From Paraphysomonas bandaiensis (lineage: Eukaryota; Protista; Chrysophyceae): a DNA stretch of 64,000 nucleotides. Each line of letters starts with the position of its first letter. The stretch's first letter is position 1. The position numbers and the translations under genes were made by a program. Location: contig CBFFRP010000577.1 of assembly GCA_965644295.1 (NCBI GenBank), forward strand, positions 125,072 to 189,071. The letters are read 5' to 3'. Under the pieces are notes generated by a model. It did no database searches, was not told where the DNA came from, and was given only the letters and a program-made list of their open reading frames with translations. This document shows positions 32,888-45,452 of this stretch, piece by piece.

Positions 32888-34962
32888 CTATTCGTTTAAT
32901 GTGCATGCAATATCTCCTGTCAGAGGTTGGGAGATCTTGACGACTTTGAGTCCTGCTCTGAGAACCGCCCTTCGGAGTGCTGCTATCACATAAGAGCGTC
33001 CACTGTATATTCTTTTGGTCTGCATGCGGAGAGATACATATTAGAAGTGTAAGTCATATATGCAGACACATGGAGCTACCGTGATGCGACTACGCTGACA
33101 TATGAAACACTATGTAACAACAATAACGTACTGTATACCTCGTTCCATGGAGATCTATGCGTAATCCAGAGAGAGTAGTTGATACAATTGTTAAGGGTGT
33201 CAACACCAGTAGCATAAATATTTACATCAGACCAGTCACAACGTTTCTTTACCCGCACATACTCTTCGACCTCTCTCCACACCTGATCGTAAGCTTCTTC
33301 AGTCCCAGAACTACTCAGAGAAATTGATACTTCGAGTGTAGCTCCTGGGGATTCGTGCAGATTTATCACTCGCTTATTGAAAAGGATGTGGTTGGGAAAC
33401 TTCATCTTTTCATTGTATTTGGTCACAATCGTTGTGTATGCCAGACTTATGGCTGAGACATTCCCAATTACATCATCTCCTCTGCCACTGTCGCCACAGA
33501 CAATCACTCTATTCCCAATATCGTAAGGCAACATTACCATAACATACACCACAGATAGACAAAGGCTGCCGAACGATGGCCCAAGTGCAAAAGACAGTCC
33601 AAATATCACTGTCAGGAGTGGGGCCAGCCGCTGTGTGCTTTCCAGCTGAAGTATGATTTGAGCTAACAGGAGCATTAGAACCCAGAATACGGCGTCCACT
33701 ATGGACAACACTGACTGGTGCAAACTACGCAGGTCTGACAGCGAGGCAGATGCATACCTGGCTGTTTTATATGCCTCTACAGCACCTGAAATCAACATAT
33801 CTTCGGTTACACTCTCAGTGTACGACGACCCCGGAGAGAAACCGAATAATTCCCCAGCTTGCGTTTGGAGATCATCTGGAAGCATGGTGAGCAAACTATC
33901 AACAGTCAGACGGTTCGCTGCACTATCATACTGAGAAAAACCCAGAAGTCTCGTAAAAATAAATCTTCCGAGAGCTACAGCTTGTTGCCTGGATAATATT
34001 GGCACCCCATCCACTTGTAGTCCTTGTGCCCGGATTTCCTGAACCCTCGCCCAGAACCCCATCTCATTGGAGGAAAACTCACTCCCAATTGACTTATTGC
34101 TACGGTCACTGGTAGCACTATCATTTTCAGTTGAATAAAAACTCGCACTACTGTTCACTGAGCAAAGAAGTGAGAGTATTTTCTGGTATCTGTATATGAC
34201 TTCTACTCGACTTCTGAACCGCACTTCGAGTAACAAGGCATAATGTCTCCTCTGCATCAGACTTTTTAAAGAATACAACAGCAGCACGCATGCTGCTGTA
34301 GTTATAAGTGCTCGCCAGTTTGCTAATGACCTAGGTAAGGACATGGTGTATAAAACATTACTCATAACACACAGGGTCATGAAATGACCGAGTGGACCCT
34401 TCAATGTACTGATATAAAAGAGGACTTTGTAGGAGCCACACCAAGCTCTCTCCAACAGTACGAAAAAAGTGTGATCAACGCAACAAGATAGTACCTCAGT
34501 TAAAACGAGCGCGATCATGAATCGAAGCCATTGCTTCGGCTTAACGCCCATAAGAGACCTTTCGTTGTTACTGTCTCCACTAGAGTACAGAGCAAGGGAT
34601 ATCAGCACACCAAGACCTATATACCACTGGAGAATATTACCAACTCGTTGTCTAACATCAAGAAGATCTGATAGCAAAGAGTAACAGGAAGGCACAATAC
34701 TATGCATGTCCATGTTGTGTATGCTGCTGATAGCTGTCGCAATGTCTCTGCTCCGTCTCTCCACCTCTCGAAGAATGTCATCTGCCTCAATATTGTCTTC
34801 CCCAGTTACACTAAATCGCTCGAGCTCCTCCCTTAAAGTAGACCGGCGTGTGTGGGTGCCAGTGGCCTGAGACAGGTCTCTCGATACCTTATCGTGAGCT
34901 GTGCGCTGCACTGGGCCGGAAGGGATCTCCTTATCTGAGAAAGGCACACTGTCATAGTTCAT
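32888..34962 (-). CDS. MscS-like mechanosensitive ion channel, 2 exons
   Basis: Multiple hydrophobic segments followed by the MscS core PYDIGNRVIV...VSAISLAYTTI...FPNHILFNKRVINLHESP. The terminal exon TKRIYSGRS...TLNE* follows a GT-AG intron at ~33020-33138. Confidence 0.85.
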
Positions 34963-35084
34963 ATTACACTACACAGATTATTACCAATAGTGCTGTCTCC
35001 GCTGTCTCGTCATGACCCCCTGAAACCTCCACAACACTCTTGACTGCCTATAAACTCAGCCAGCAAGTATCTTCACTAGGATAC

Positions 35085-35388
35085 GTATGTGTATGTATGT
35101 ATGTAGGTAGGTATGTAGGTATGTATGTATGTATGTATGTATGTATGTATGTAGGTAGGTAGGTAGGTAGGTAGGTATGTATGTATGTATGTATGTATGT
35201 ATGTATGTATGTATGTATGTATGTATGTATGTATGTATGTATGTATGTATGTATGTATGTATGTATGTATGTATGTATGTATGTATGTATGTATGTATGT
35301 ATGTATGTATGTATGTATGTATGTATGTATGTATGTATGTATGTATGTATGTATGTATGTATGTATGTATGTATGTATGTATGTATGT
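35085..35388. repeat. (TATG)n microsatellite with a short (TAGG)n block
   Basis: Directly visible. Confidence 0.98.
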
Positions 35389-35636
35389 ACAGGAGAGTTT
35401 TGATATAGAGTATCCAGCTCTACGATATCCTGAGTATTGTATCAATATCGTGTATAGCGTATAGCGTATAGCAGTATATACCGGTACACATTAGTACAGT
35501 TGTATTCCTTCAACGTCACAGTCGACCACGCACGATCACACACATAAAGTCACCGTTAATTGAGCAGCCTTCACACTCCTCTTAATGTCATTATATGCTA
35601 AGAAGAGTTTGATTGAGATGGTATTAGTCTTTTCTT

Positions 35637-38029
35637 GTGCATAGATCACAGTTAGAGATGGCTCTGGAGGATGTGCTCTGCAAGTATAGCGCAGGGCTCA
35701 GGGAGTGCCCGTCGCATGTAATAGTCCACCAGTCCAGACATCAAGGCAGCAGGATGTTTTCTGTTCTTAATGGTCTTCATCGCTCTGTGTCAGTGCGTGC
35801 GTGCCTTTTCTCCGACAGTGAGGTGTACCCCCTCATGGAGGGGTTCAGAGTGGGCCGCCACAGCTCATCCCCTGCACTGCAAGCTATGCACAAGGGTCTC
35901 GTGGCTGCCTTTCACTCCCTTCAACGGGGGACTCCAGACTATGGATCGTTCTCATATCGACCCTGTGCCCTCTGTCTATCGCTCTCATGCTCCATCCAGC
36001 CATTCTCACTACACATCGTTTGTGCAGATGATCCATCTGTGCGTCTGTATCACACCCTACTACAGAGTCCCAAGAATCAACCGGCTCCCAACTTGCCTTT
36101 AAAACAATTACTCTATGAGTGTTCACAAAACGGAGCTATGGTCCTTCAGGCCACATCCACAGAGCCTTCTGTCACTGCGCAATACGCATCAGCCGATTAT
36201 TCGGACAGTGTCAATAGCAGCCTCAGCGCTGATGACCCCCAATCGTCATCAGTCAGTGCTGTGGGTGGAGGACTCTTTGGTTCTCTTTTCCGGAGATCAG
36301 TGCGGGCCTTAGGTCTATCAACAGAGCCAGATGGCACGATGGCTACGTTCGGGGCAGTCACCAGTTCGACTGGAGGAAATGGTGACTGGGATGAAGAGAG
36401 CCAGGGCTCCTCTGCCTCTGCGTTGTGCAGTACTACAGAGAGTGCCGCCTTGTCCGCTCCATCTCACGTGGCTCTTCAGCCACTGTTTCATCCATCTTGT
36501 GTTGCTTTCCTCCGATGGGCTGCGAGAGATATGTCTTGGTATACTTTCACTGGCGTACTCTTACCCACAGAGGGTGTTTGTTACATTTCGTCGTCACCTT
36601 CATCATTGGAGGTAGTATTGCCAGGCATTCGTCGACATGTATGCAAATTGTCGCTGCGTTCACCAAGTGATCTTCTTAGTACCCTTTCTGACGCCGACCC
36701 GCTATCTTCGCACGCAGGGCAAGTCTTGGCATTTCCGTGGGCCCAAGTCTGGCTTAATGGAGTTGAGGTGCCTCCGTCATGTCCACGAGATGTGTACGAC
36801 GGAGATATTTTAGTGATTGGGTCTATTCGTCACACTTTCAATGTGCGGAGAATAAATAAGACTCAAGTCATGGTGCAGCCCTCAGTGCCCCCCCCCTGCT
36901 CTTGCTTACTAGAAGATAGTGACCACGATGACCGCTCGCTTCGGAAAGCTGCCGACCAAATTTTAATGGTGTCTGACGATTCCAGTACAAACACCCCATA
37001 TCATCCTACTATCGGCAAAGAAAGTCATCTCAAAGCGTGGTACCCTTCTGACATGAAGGGCATGTCAACTGACCCGATTCTACGTATGTTATTAGAGGAA
37101 GTTAAGGGCTGGTTTAGATGGTTTGGCCTTCGGGCGAGATTACATGCTACGTTGACTCTGACGAAAGCAACCACTGAAGCTCCAACTACCCCGAGGAAGA
37201 GAAGATCCAATGAGGGGAGGAGTGATGTCGTCACACTTATCTTGTAAGTACTATCTCCATCTCGTTTCGCTTGCCATGCCCTGTTGTGCATAATGGGTAT
37301 CTTCAATACGACTCCCGCTGTTGTGTGCATTGATATTGTATGTTCGTTCTGTGCAGGTGTGTGGCCACGGATCATATTCTTTACAAGCCTGTTGAGAGCA
37401 GTGTGGAAAAGGTACTCATGCAACATTCATGTGCCCTTTCAATTTCCTCGGTTACCTCTCTTGTGCATCGTTTGTGTGAATTTGGGACGAAAGTATCTGA
37501 GGTTTTGTATGACATAGCAGCCAGTTTTCACAATGTTGATGCAGAGGCAGTTTTGGCTGTGCAGTCTATGGAGCATCACGTTGCATCGTTAGAGTACAAA
37601 GGGCTTTGTGATATAGTCGAAGCTCCTATTCCAGCACTAATTACGCGACTACTTACCTCAGTTGAGAGCTCTTCAGTCTCTGTTGAGAAGATAGATATTT
37701 CCGGTGACTGTATGTGGGTAGATCATGTCGTGAAGGCCTTAGTAGATCATGATCTAGTCCCTGTCTATGCCATGGGATGGGGAAAGGAGCATGATGGAAG
37801 GCCGTTAACTGAACTACTAAAGGAGGACCTGATCGATCTGTGGCGTCCAGTATGGGCAGCACATAACAGAGAGGTTGTACTCGAGTTAACCATACACTGC
37901 TGTCTACTCCTTCGTCTTTCTCAGGACTGTTTTGGGCAGACGGCGAAAACGGGACCAACACCTCGATTCGGTGCACTTTTTCACTGGCTTTATCAGTCGT
38001 GCTGTACACAAACTGATGATACGATATAA
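35637..38029 (+). CDS. Hypothetical protein with an FHA-like segment; at least 2 exons
   Basis: 536-aa and 229-aa ORFs joined by a GTAAGT...GCAG intron (~37244-37356). VWLNGVEV...VYDGDILVIGSIRHTF resembles the C-terminal half of an FHA domain. Confidence 0.6.
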
Positions 38030-38489
38030 TTTATATTGATAGAATATGTCTTCGAGTGCTATGTATTCTATTATATTAAGGTCCATATATCATCAGCCAT
38101 ATTGTATATAACAGCAGTAGACTGTTTACTGTCAGCAAATTTCTACCTTGCTGTTTTATCGTATCGATGGGTATCATGAGTGATGCGCATTGTTGTCCTT
38201 AACCCTGACTGTTTTTATTGTAACCGCTTATGCAAAGACTGCTATCGGAATTTTAAAATTTAATATCATCTTCAGATATTCTTAGTTCTTAGCACTACTT
38301 GTAACGCGTTCCAACAACAACAGTGTAGTTGTACCATTACTGATACATTTTTAAGTAAATTATTTTCTACGTTCTACGATACAGCAAAACTATAATATCC
38401 ATATATAGGTATATAGGATAATCTCACATAATAATTTATTTATATAATTGGCGATTTGAGTGATATACTGGTATCAGAAGTCAATGCAC

Positions 38490-39664
38490 ATGTGTTCTTT
38501 GAGAAAATAAACGCAATAGAGACTTGGCAATGCCGGGAGTGTCCTGTGTAGGAAAAGGTGTTCTCCAGCGAAAGAAGAGTTCTGGTCGCAGCATGCCATC
38601 AAACACGACGGATGGAAAGATAAAGTTTTAGCTGCCCAGCGAGGTGGTGGTGCGTGATGTAATTGACATAACTGAACAATACTTTCACACTATGCTTAGA
38701 TTATAAGTTAGAAACATATAGCAACTAGCAACATATAAGAAACTTATGAGCAATATCACTTGTCAATCGCCAATTCATGTTGTCTCAACTACCAATCATT
38801 TCCATACAATATTAGATATCACGATCTTATGCGGTCATTATATTCCAGTTTCACTACTATGACTGCTATCATGACATTAGTTCTAGTAATACAGTTAACC
38901 ACTTCTGTAGTCTTCCACTAACAGTCATAGGCCAAATATCTTTGAACTACAGATTTCAATTGAACTCAAACAGCAAATACGTAGAGCGTATGGTATCACC
39001 TCAAGTGTTGGATTGGGTGATAACGGATGACCTTCGATTTCTTTTGTGGAAAATCCATTGACACAAAAGAATACCAGGTTGAGGAATATGGAAGTATATA
39101 TATGGAAGCCTTGAAGCCTTGGACTTACAGGTCGAAAGCAAGATCAATGCAATTCGGTTTGATTGTTGATGGGTGGACATGCAGCAAGTAACAATCAAAT
39201 TAAAATATTTTGCTCGATGAGCGAGTATGAAGAAGATGATGACAGTAAGAGTCTAGCTCAGAGTGACGACGCGGCGAAACGTTTGATTGATGGGAGCAGG
39301 CAACGGAAGCGAGCACGTCTTAGCCAAAAAACTCGATACCGCAGCATGAAGCGCTTGCATGCCACAACCAATAGGTTGAAAGGTTGTTCAGTAGGGCGAA
39401 GGTTGTTAAGACTGATTTTCACAAGAGTATGACTCTTCGGCATTTAGAATTACTTATGTTTTTACGCATGTACCGTCGCTCGCCTCTGGAATGAAATGAC
39501 AGTTGAGGTAGCTATATTGGTAGCTAATGAAGTTTAGTATTAAATAATTGCAATTAACTGCTATTAATTGCAATCGTTGAAATTGAGCCAGCATGTAATA
39601 ATTGCAATTATAATTGACTACAACCTGCGTCAATTAACTGGCAATTAATTGATACGCAGCCCTG
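38490..39664 (+). mobile_element. Degenerate hAT transposon relic
   Basis: BED-finger-like WQCREC remnant at ~38525. Frameshifted hAT C-terminal motif ATTN..VERLFSRAKVVKTD...LELLMFLR at ~39360-39470. Subterminal CAATTA repeats, and the end reads CCCTG. Confidence 0.6.
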
Positions 39665-39719
39665 CTCCTTATTACCCGTGGCTAAATATAACTATATCAA
39701 AGTGTACGCCGCGTGTTGT

Positions 39720-40580
39720 TCGCCATGGAATTAATATGGCCTGAGTCATTGTGGCCACAGAGCCATCAGACAGCAACTAGGATGTGCAGTCTGCCAGAAT
39801 CCACTCAGGTGCACCTTTCACATATACACCCTTACACTTCTATCAGTCCGGTGAAGAAAAGCTGTAGACCGCCTCTTGGCGCTATTAATGAGAATCTGTC
39901 GGATTTCTCATCGAATATATTCCTCACTATCACCTCATAGTCCAACCCCCAGCTGTGGCCACAAGTATAACTGTCCCTCCTTGTTACCGATGATATTGGG
40001 GCGAGGAAAAGGATTGCCAGTGTGAATGAGATATGCTATGCTGTTTACGCAACTGATCTCAGACACAATATATTTTACGACTTTTTTCGCTATGCAATTA
40101 TTAGTGGCTTTGCCCTTGTTTCACAGACGGTCAAAACCCTAATCAAGCACTGATCTTCATACATCTTCACCGTGGAGAATGCCAGTAATATGGTAACTGC
40201 GAGTGGAAGTCCTTCCGGGATAGCGACAACTATGATAGTCACTGCAATAATGAATGCCTCCATCCACCCATTGCATTCTTCCCATCATGACGCAGGCAGA
40301 TAGAGGCCACCATTACTAATATAACCGTCTAGAATATACCTCATCATGATGTTCCAACTTATCTTCTAGTGAAGCATTCATCGCCTCAGAGACAAGGATA
40401 GCCTTCGCATACCCCACTGAGAGGACTGCCCAACTCCCACGAAATATATGACACGCGTCACAATAAACCAGGGCTCTATCAGCAGACAGGAGGAGAGCAA
40501 GAAGCAGTCCTCATCCTTGCTCTTGGGCAGGTCCTCGCCAGTAAGGGTCCCTTCGTTGCCATCAACTCCTCATCTCCACA
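39720..40580 (-). pseudogene. P2B-type (PMCA-like) Ca2+-ATPase pseudogene fragment
   Basis: NEGTLTGE...[41 protein letters not shown] and KGAPEWIL are readable. They are interrupted by frameshifts and stops, and the DKTGT phosphorylation motif is destroyed. Confidence 0.85.
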
Positions 40581-41024
40581 TGGAGACGCGTTTCGACAAA
40601 GTGGACCAGCCCTGCAATTGGCGGTCCGTAGATGGTCCCACTCCAAATAAAAAAATTGTAGTTGTACAAAAACACACAACACAAAAAAAAGAAGTGGGCA
40701 CCCATGCATACATACATATACTGTATGTACTGTACGTAGGAATTCCTACGTAGTTTGGTTGCTGATCTACTTGGTGTCTTTGCAAAAAAAATCCAGGTTT
40801 TAGTCCGAATTCCAGGTTCAAAAAGTTGAGAAAAACTTATTTTGCGTCCAAATGTTTTGCGTTTTTTCGTACAGAAAACCGCGTAATTTTCAAGTGGTGT
40901 GCACTGTGGTTGTACTCGTGGAGCTGTTCATATGCACCCTCTTGGTGATACAGGAAACCCGTCCAGTAAATACATTAACAATAACGCAGTTAACCATTAC
41001 TCGCTGTTGAGCCAGTCTTACACG

Positions 41025-41342
41025 ATGGCAGGACGTTTGCAACCCCTTGAACTAGTTGATAAATGCATTGGAAGTAGAATATGGATCGTCATGAAGGTTG
41101 CTCTGTCAGTTTTGCTTAGTGTATATAGCTGATCATTCGTATGTTGTCTGCAGAGCGAGAAGGAGCTTGTAGGAACATTACGTGGGTTTGATGAGTACGT
41201 TAATATGGTGCTCGATGACGTAACAGAGATTGAGTTCGTCGGCGGAGTGCGGAGAGAAACTCAGATGGACCAGATTCTACTTAATGGCGCGCATGTGTGT
41301 ATTCTTGTACCAGGAGGAGACCCTACAGCTGTAGGGCCCTAA
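41025..41342 (+). CDS. LSM5: U6 snRNA-associated Sm-like protein LSm5, 2 exons
   Basis: [24 protein letters not shown]|[25 protein letters not shown]...[15 protein letters not shown]. Confidence 0.96.
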
Positions 41343-41639
41343 GGCGTTGATAATTTGTGCTATTATTTGTATATCAGTTGATTCGTATGTAATAATACAA
41401 TGCCGCCCAACGCTTCGCGAATACATTTTCTCAACTCCCAGAATTGCCACACTGTATATTATGAATATAAATAGCCCTCCATGAATTGGCAATATCTATT
41501 GAAAATTGAAATAGCTGATGTTATTATTTGCAAAGTAACGAGCTTGTGAACACTATATACCTATATATTATATTCCAGGGAACAATATATTGCAATAGTA
41601 TTGTTGGGCCGGTTATATGTGTCTTAATTGACCACACGC

Positions 41640-42613
41640 TTCCATCTCTCTGATACGAGAATCTGCCTTTCAGAGACACAAGGAGTATCTTCGCAAACTT
41701 CTAATTGACCTGACACTACCACCTTGGAGTACCGCCATTCTCAAGAAACTCTCCAGCAGAGCCTGGAGTGCCTCACTTCCGCAGTTTGAACGATTCTGGA
41801 CAGGAAGTATCACCAAGGTTCAAATGGAAAGCGTTTTTGGAACGCAATACCATTACACCCTCAATTCGCGTGGACGACGAGCCCTCGATGACGCAGTTAT
41901 TACCCTTTTTCAACCGCTTTACGCTGCAGCCAAACAAATGCTCCAAGTTCGTAGTGGGCGCTGTCAAACCTAAGGCGCCACATCGACTGCCTTCTAGACC
42001 GCGTCAGCGACGTGTGGCAACACACGACGCAGGGCAGGGAGGAGTCCGCAGTTTTCCTCCAGATTACGTCTAACATGCGGCAACACACGATTTAAATGGA
42101 GCAACACCCAGCGGAAACAGCGGGTTCTACGCTTACTATACGTGTAAAGCGAGACCAAACGCCCCCCTCCGGTTGCCTTCCTCTTCCACCACCCCCGCCT
42201 CAGCAGAGACGCCACGTTGCAAACTCCGTCAGCTACTCCTCTGCTCCAGGCCCAACTTGCAGATGGAGCCATTCCAAGACACGCCGGAGCACCAAATACA
42301 CTCTCGCCTATGTATCTCAGGTTAAGAACACTTGACTCACTGATACAGAATCCTCCTCCACAAGTCCTGCGGAGCCCAAGGGGCGTCCCCCTGACTAATC
42401 CTTCTGTACTTCTCTCTCACATACATGAACGGAAATGGTCACACCTTGGTGCTTGTGGCGACGCACAAGCAGCTTCTGTTGCGTTACATAGTACGATATG
42501 AGAATTCGTGCTAGTTAGCTACAGGTAGAGGTTGATCTAGCGTGACTAGTCTTCATCTAACTACTTATCTCGTGTTGGTTATTGACACCTACTACTAGTA
42601 ATAAGGCTTTCAC
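41640..42613 (+). mobile_element. 5'-truncated, degenerate non-LTR retrotransposon copy
   Basis: Translation IRESAFQRHK...LPPWSTAILKKLSSRAWSASLPQFERFWTGSIT aligns with the 43830-45131 ORF. It ends in the shared tail (...GACGCACAAGCAGC...AATAAGGCTTTCA). Confidence 0.85.
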
Positions 42614-43191
42614 ACAGGGTAAATATAAGCATTGAACTTCAATATTTAGTTTGAGCAGGAATTATCTTCCATATTAATTACGAAATTGACAGTCATTTGT
42701 ATGTGATTACAGAATTCTAAGGAAACTACAATAATGAGTCACCATTCAAAAATAAATCACCAAACACTTCTGGTAATATTCCACTCTTCGTCAGATGTAG
42801 AAGATCAAAATGATGTCAGAGAGTGTAATCTATCCTCAAACCTGAACTTCTAAACAACGTCAAGAATATCACTGGAGAGTTCAAATTCCACATCTGATGC
42901 TGAAGTCGAGTTGAGCAATGTGGCACCCAGTCCTTTTATCAAGATTATGAGTGTAATATCATACACACACCACGCACCACACACTACACGAGTCAGTTCC
43001 ACTAGTAGCAGGGGTTACACGTGATGAACATAAATGTGATGCCAACAACAACAACACAAAAAGCCTTGTGCAACTACAACTTTAACATTCATCATCACAC
43101 GTAGGTACGAATTTCAATACGTTGCAGTTGCTATTCCCTCAGTATCCTTCTGTGGTAGGAGTACATTGGTAGTTTTGTAGTATCCATTATT

Positions 43192-45068
43192 GAATGTCTT
43201 TTTATTTAGCAATAGGCGTTAAAAACTCGTTCCGATATAGTGGCTAGTTGAATGCTAGATCTACTAGTTAGACCTCTACACATAACTAATCAGCACAAAT
43301 TCTATTATCCTACTATTTAACGCTACAGAAGCTGCTTGTGCGTCGCCGCAAGCACCAAGGTGCAACCTCTTCCGTTCTTGATGTTGTTTGTGAGTTCGCC
43401 CTGCTCGTGTGTCTGAGGACTCACTGGCGCGTGTTGTCCGGGGGTCTCCCCTTGGGATAAGGTTCCGCCTGGCTCTGAGGTACCGGGCTCTGTATTAAGG
43501 TCCTAAGTGTACCGAGCACTAGATGTGTGGATTGAAAGGTTGATGGTGTGGTGGAGTGTAGCGGTGTCACCATGCACCGTCTGGGCGTTGGGCATAGGAG
43601 GAGTTGCCGGAGACGTCGTCGCCGTTGTCTAGGGCCTGTTGATTTCATACGGTCCGGTGCTATGGTCCTTTGTGTATGGTTGGGAGGGTTCATAGGTGCG
43701 GTGGGCGGTGTTCCAGTCTTGGTTCGTCAGTGGATTCCTAGTAATCTTAGCACCCTTGGGCGTTTCCGTTTCTGTCTTTTTGTTGTGGACTCGGCCGCGG
43801 TAGTAGCCTTGGGGGACCTTTCCGTAGGGTCACGTATCTTCTACTGTACTTCGATCTTGGATCATGAGCTTTGCTGCAGCGAAAAGCGGTAGAAGTAATT
43901 TGATGATCGCTGATTCGATGCTGCGCAGTCCTTGGGATGTCAGTGACTCATGGATGTGATCTCCAAAAACCATTTCAATCTGTGCAGTTGTGATGGTACC
44001 CGTCCAGAATCTCTCCACCTGTGGCACGGAAGGGTTCCAGGCCCTGCTGGAGAGTCGCTGTAGTACAGTGGTGGTCCATTGGGGTAGTTCCGGATTTCTC
44101 ATTTCTTCTAGAAGCGCGTTTTTGTGGCTGTGAAATGCAGACTCCCTTATCTGCGTTAAGGTGTCGTTTGTACAGTCTAAACACATATGCTTGAGTGAGT
44201 CTAGCCTAAATCCGCAGTCAGAGCATACAGCTTTAGCCATGTCGAGTCCGTGTTTGGTTTTCGCCCGGTTTCTTTCTATGCTGAAGGATTTGTCCCATGT
44301 CAGTGCTGCATTGAGTACTCGTTGGCTCAGGTGGGAGCTCACTTTGTCCTTTGATGGTCCACCATCTGCTTGTGCCAGTTTGCGCGGAAGTAGTGCTCCG
44401 CTATCTTTCCAGTATCCAGGAGCCCGGTCGGGATTGTGACCGTAGCGTTGGTCTCGCAGAGCTGTGTAGCCCTCCAGCGCCCGTTGATTACGGAGGGATT
44501 GGAAATCCGTGAGCAGGGGGCTAGTGCGATACGATCGTCGGTCCCCAGTTAGGCGCCAGTGCCATAAACCCTCGGTGAGTATTCTCTCGATGGCTTGGTC
44601 CACTTCCATGTTACAGACAGTGTAATTTTGTCGTCCGAGTAGTCGATCCACCTCAAGCCAGTCCCCTCCTGCTACTGCGTCGGCAATGTAAATTCCTTTG
44701 TCTTCATATGTCCATTCAGACTCATCAGAGGTGCGTCGTTCGGGGTGTGATCGGACCCAGGCTACTGTCCTTGTGCAATCGTTGTTTGCTGCAATGCTTT
44801 CGAGCAGTACACCTTTGGCACGATGCCCCAGTGCCCGACGTCTGGTGGAAAGTGCTTCATGTGTGCGTATGCAGACGGCCTTGCAGTCCGTGTTTATCGG
44901 TATGTGTGATGGGAGTCGCGCAGACAGTATAAGCGCCATTGCTGCTCCCATGAACTCGTATGCATACGGCCCAAGTCCAGGCACGTCGCTGAAGGGTGTC
45001 TCTAATCGTAGTATTTTTGTTGTACCGGTCTTCCATTCATCCTCCGGGGGGAGCCAGACTGCCGCCGC
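43192..45068 (-). mobile_element. 5'-truncated non-LTR retrotransposon (RNase H plus CCHC zinc knuckle) with a 16-bp target-site duplication
   Basis: RNase H motifs AYEFMG, TDCKA and WVRSHPER...GIYIADAVA. Zinc knuckle CSDCGFRLDSLKHMCLDC. TGTAGTATCCATTATT occurs at 43176-43191 and 45069-45084. Confidence 0.9.
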
Positions 45069-45452
45069 TGTAGTATCCATTATTTGTTTTGAGTAAATCT
45101 TGTATCTAGTACAATTGTATATAGATCCCATTGATTTTTCATCTGTTTATTTAATGTTAATCAGGAAACACCTATTTCCTATTTTAGCTTGCAAGCTACA
45201 CATTCTAAGCTACCAATTGCTATACGTTCTAGATTTATAAGGTGTTTAGCTTTTTGTGAGGAAGTGAGGAAAAGCTACAATTAATTTAACCTAGGGATAA
45301 GGAATATCATCTTTTATATAAAACTCGGGATATTTGCCCACGTTTCAAGAATACAACCGCAGAACCGCAACCATCACAATAGAATTCTTCTAGTTTGCTT
45401 AGTGATGTACAGTTAATCTGTTCCTGCAAATATTTCGGCAAGTCCATATCGC

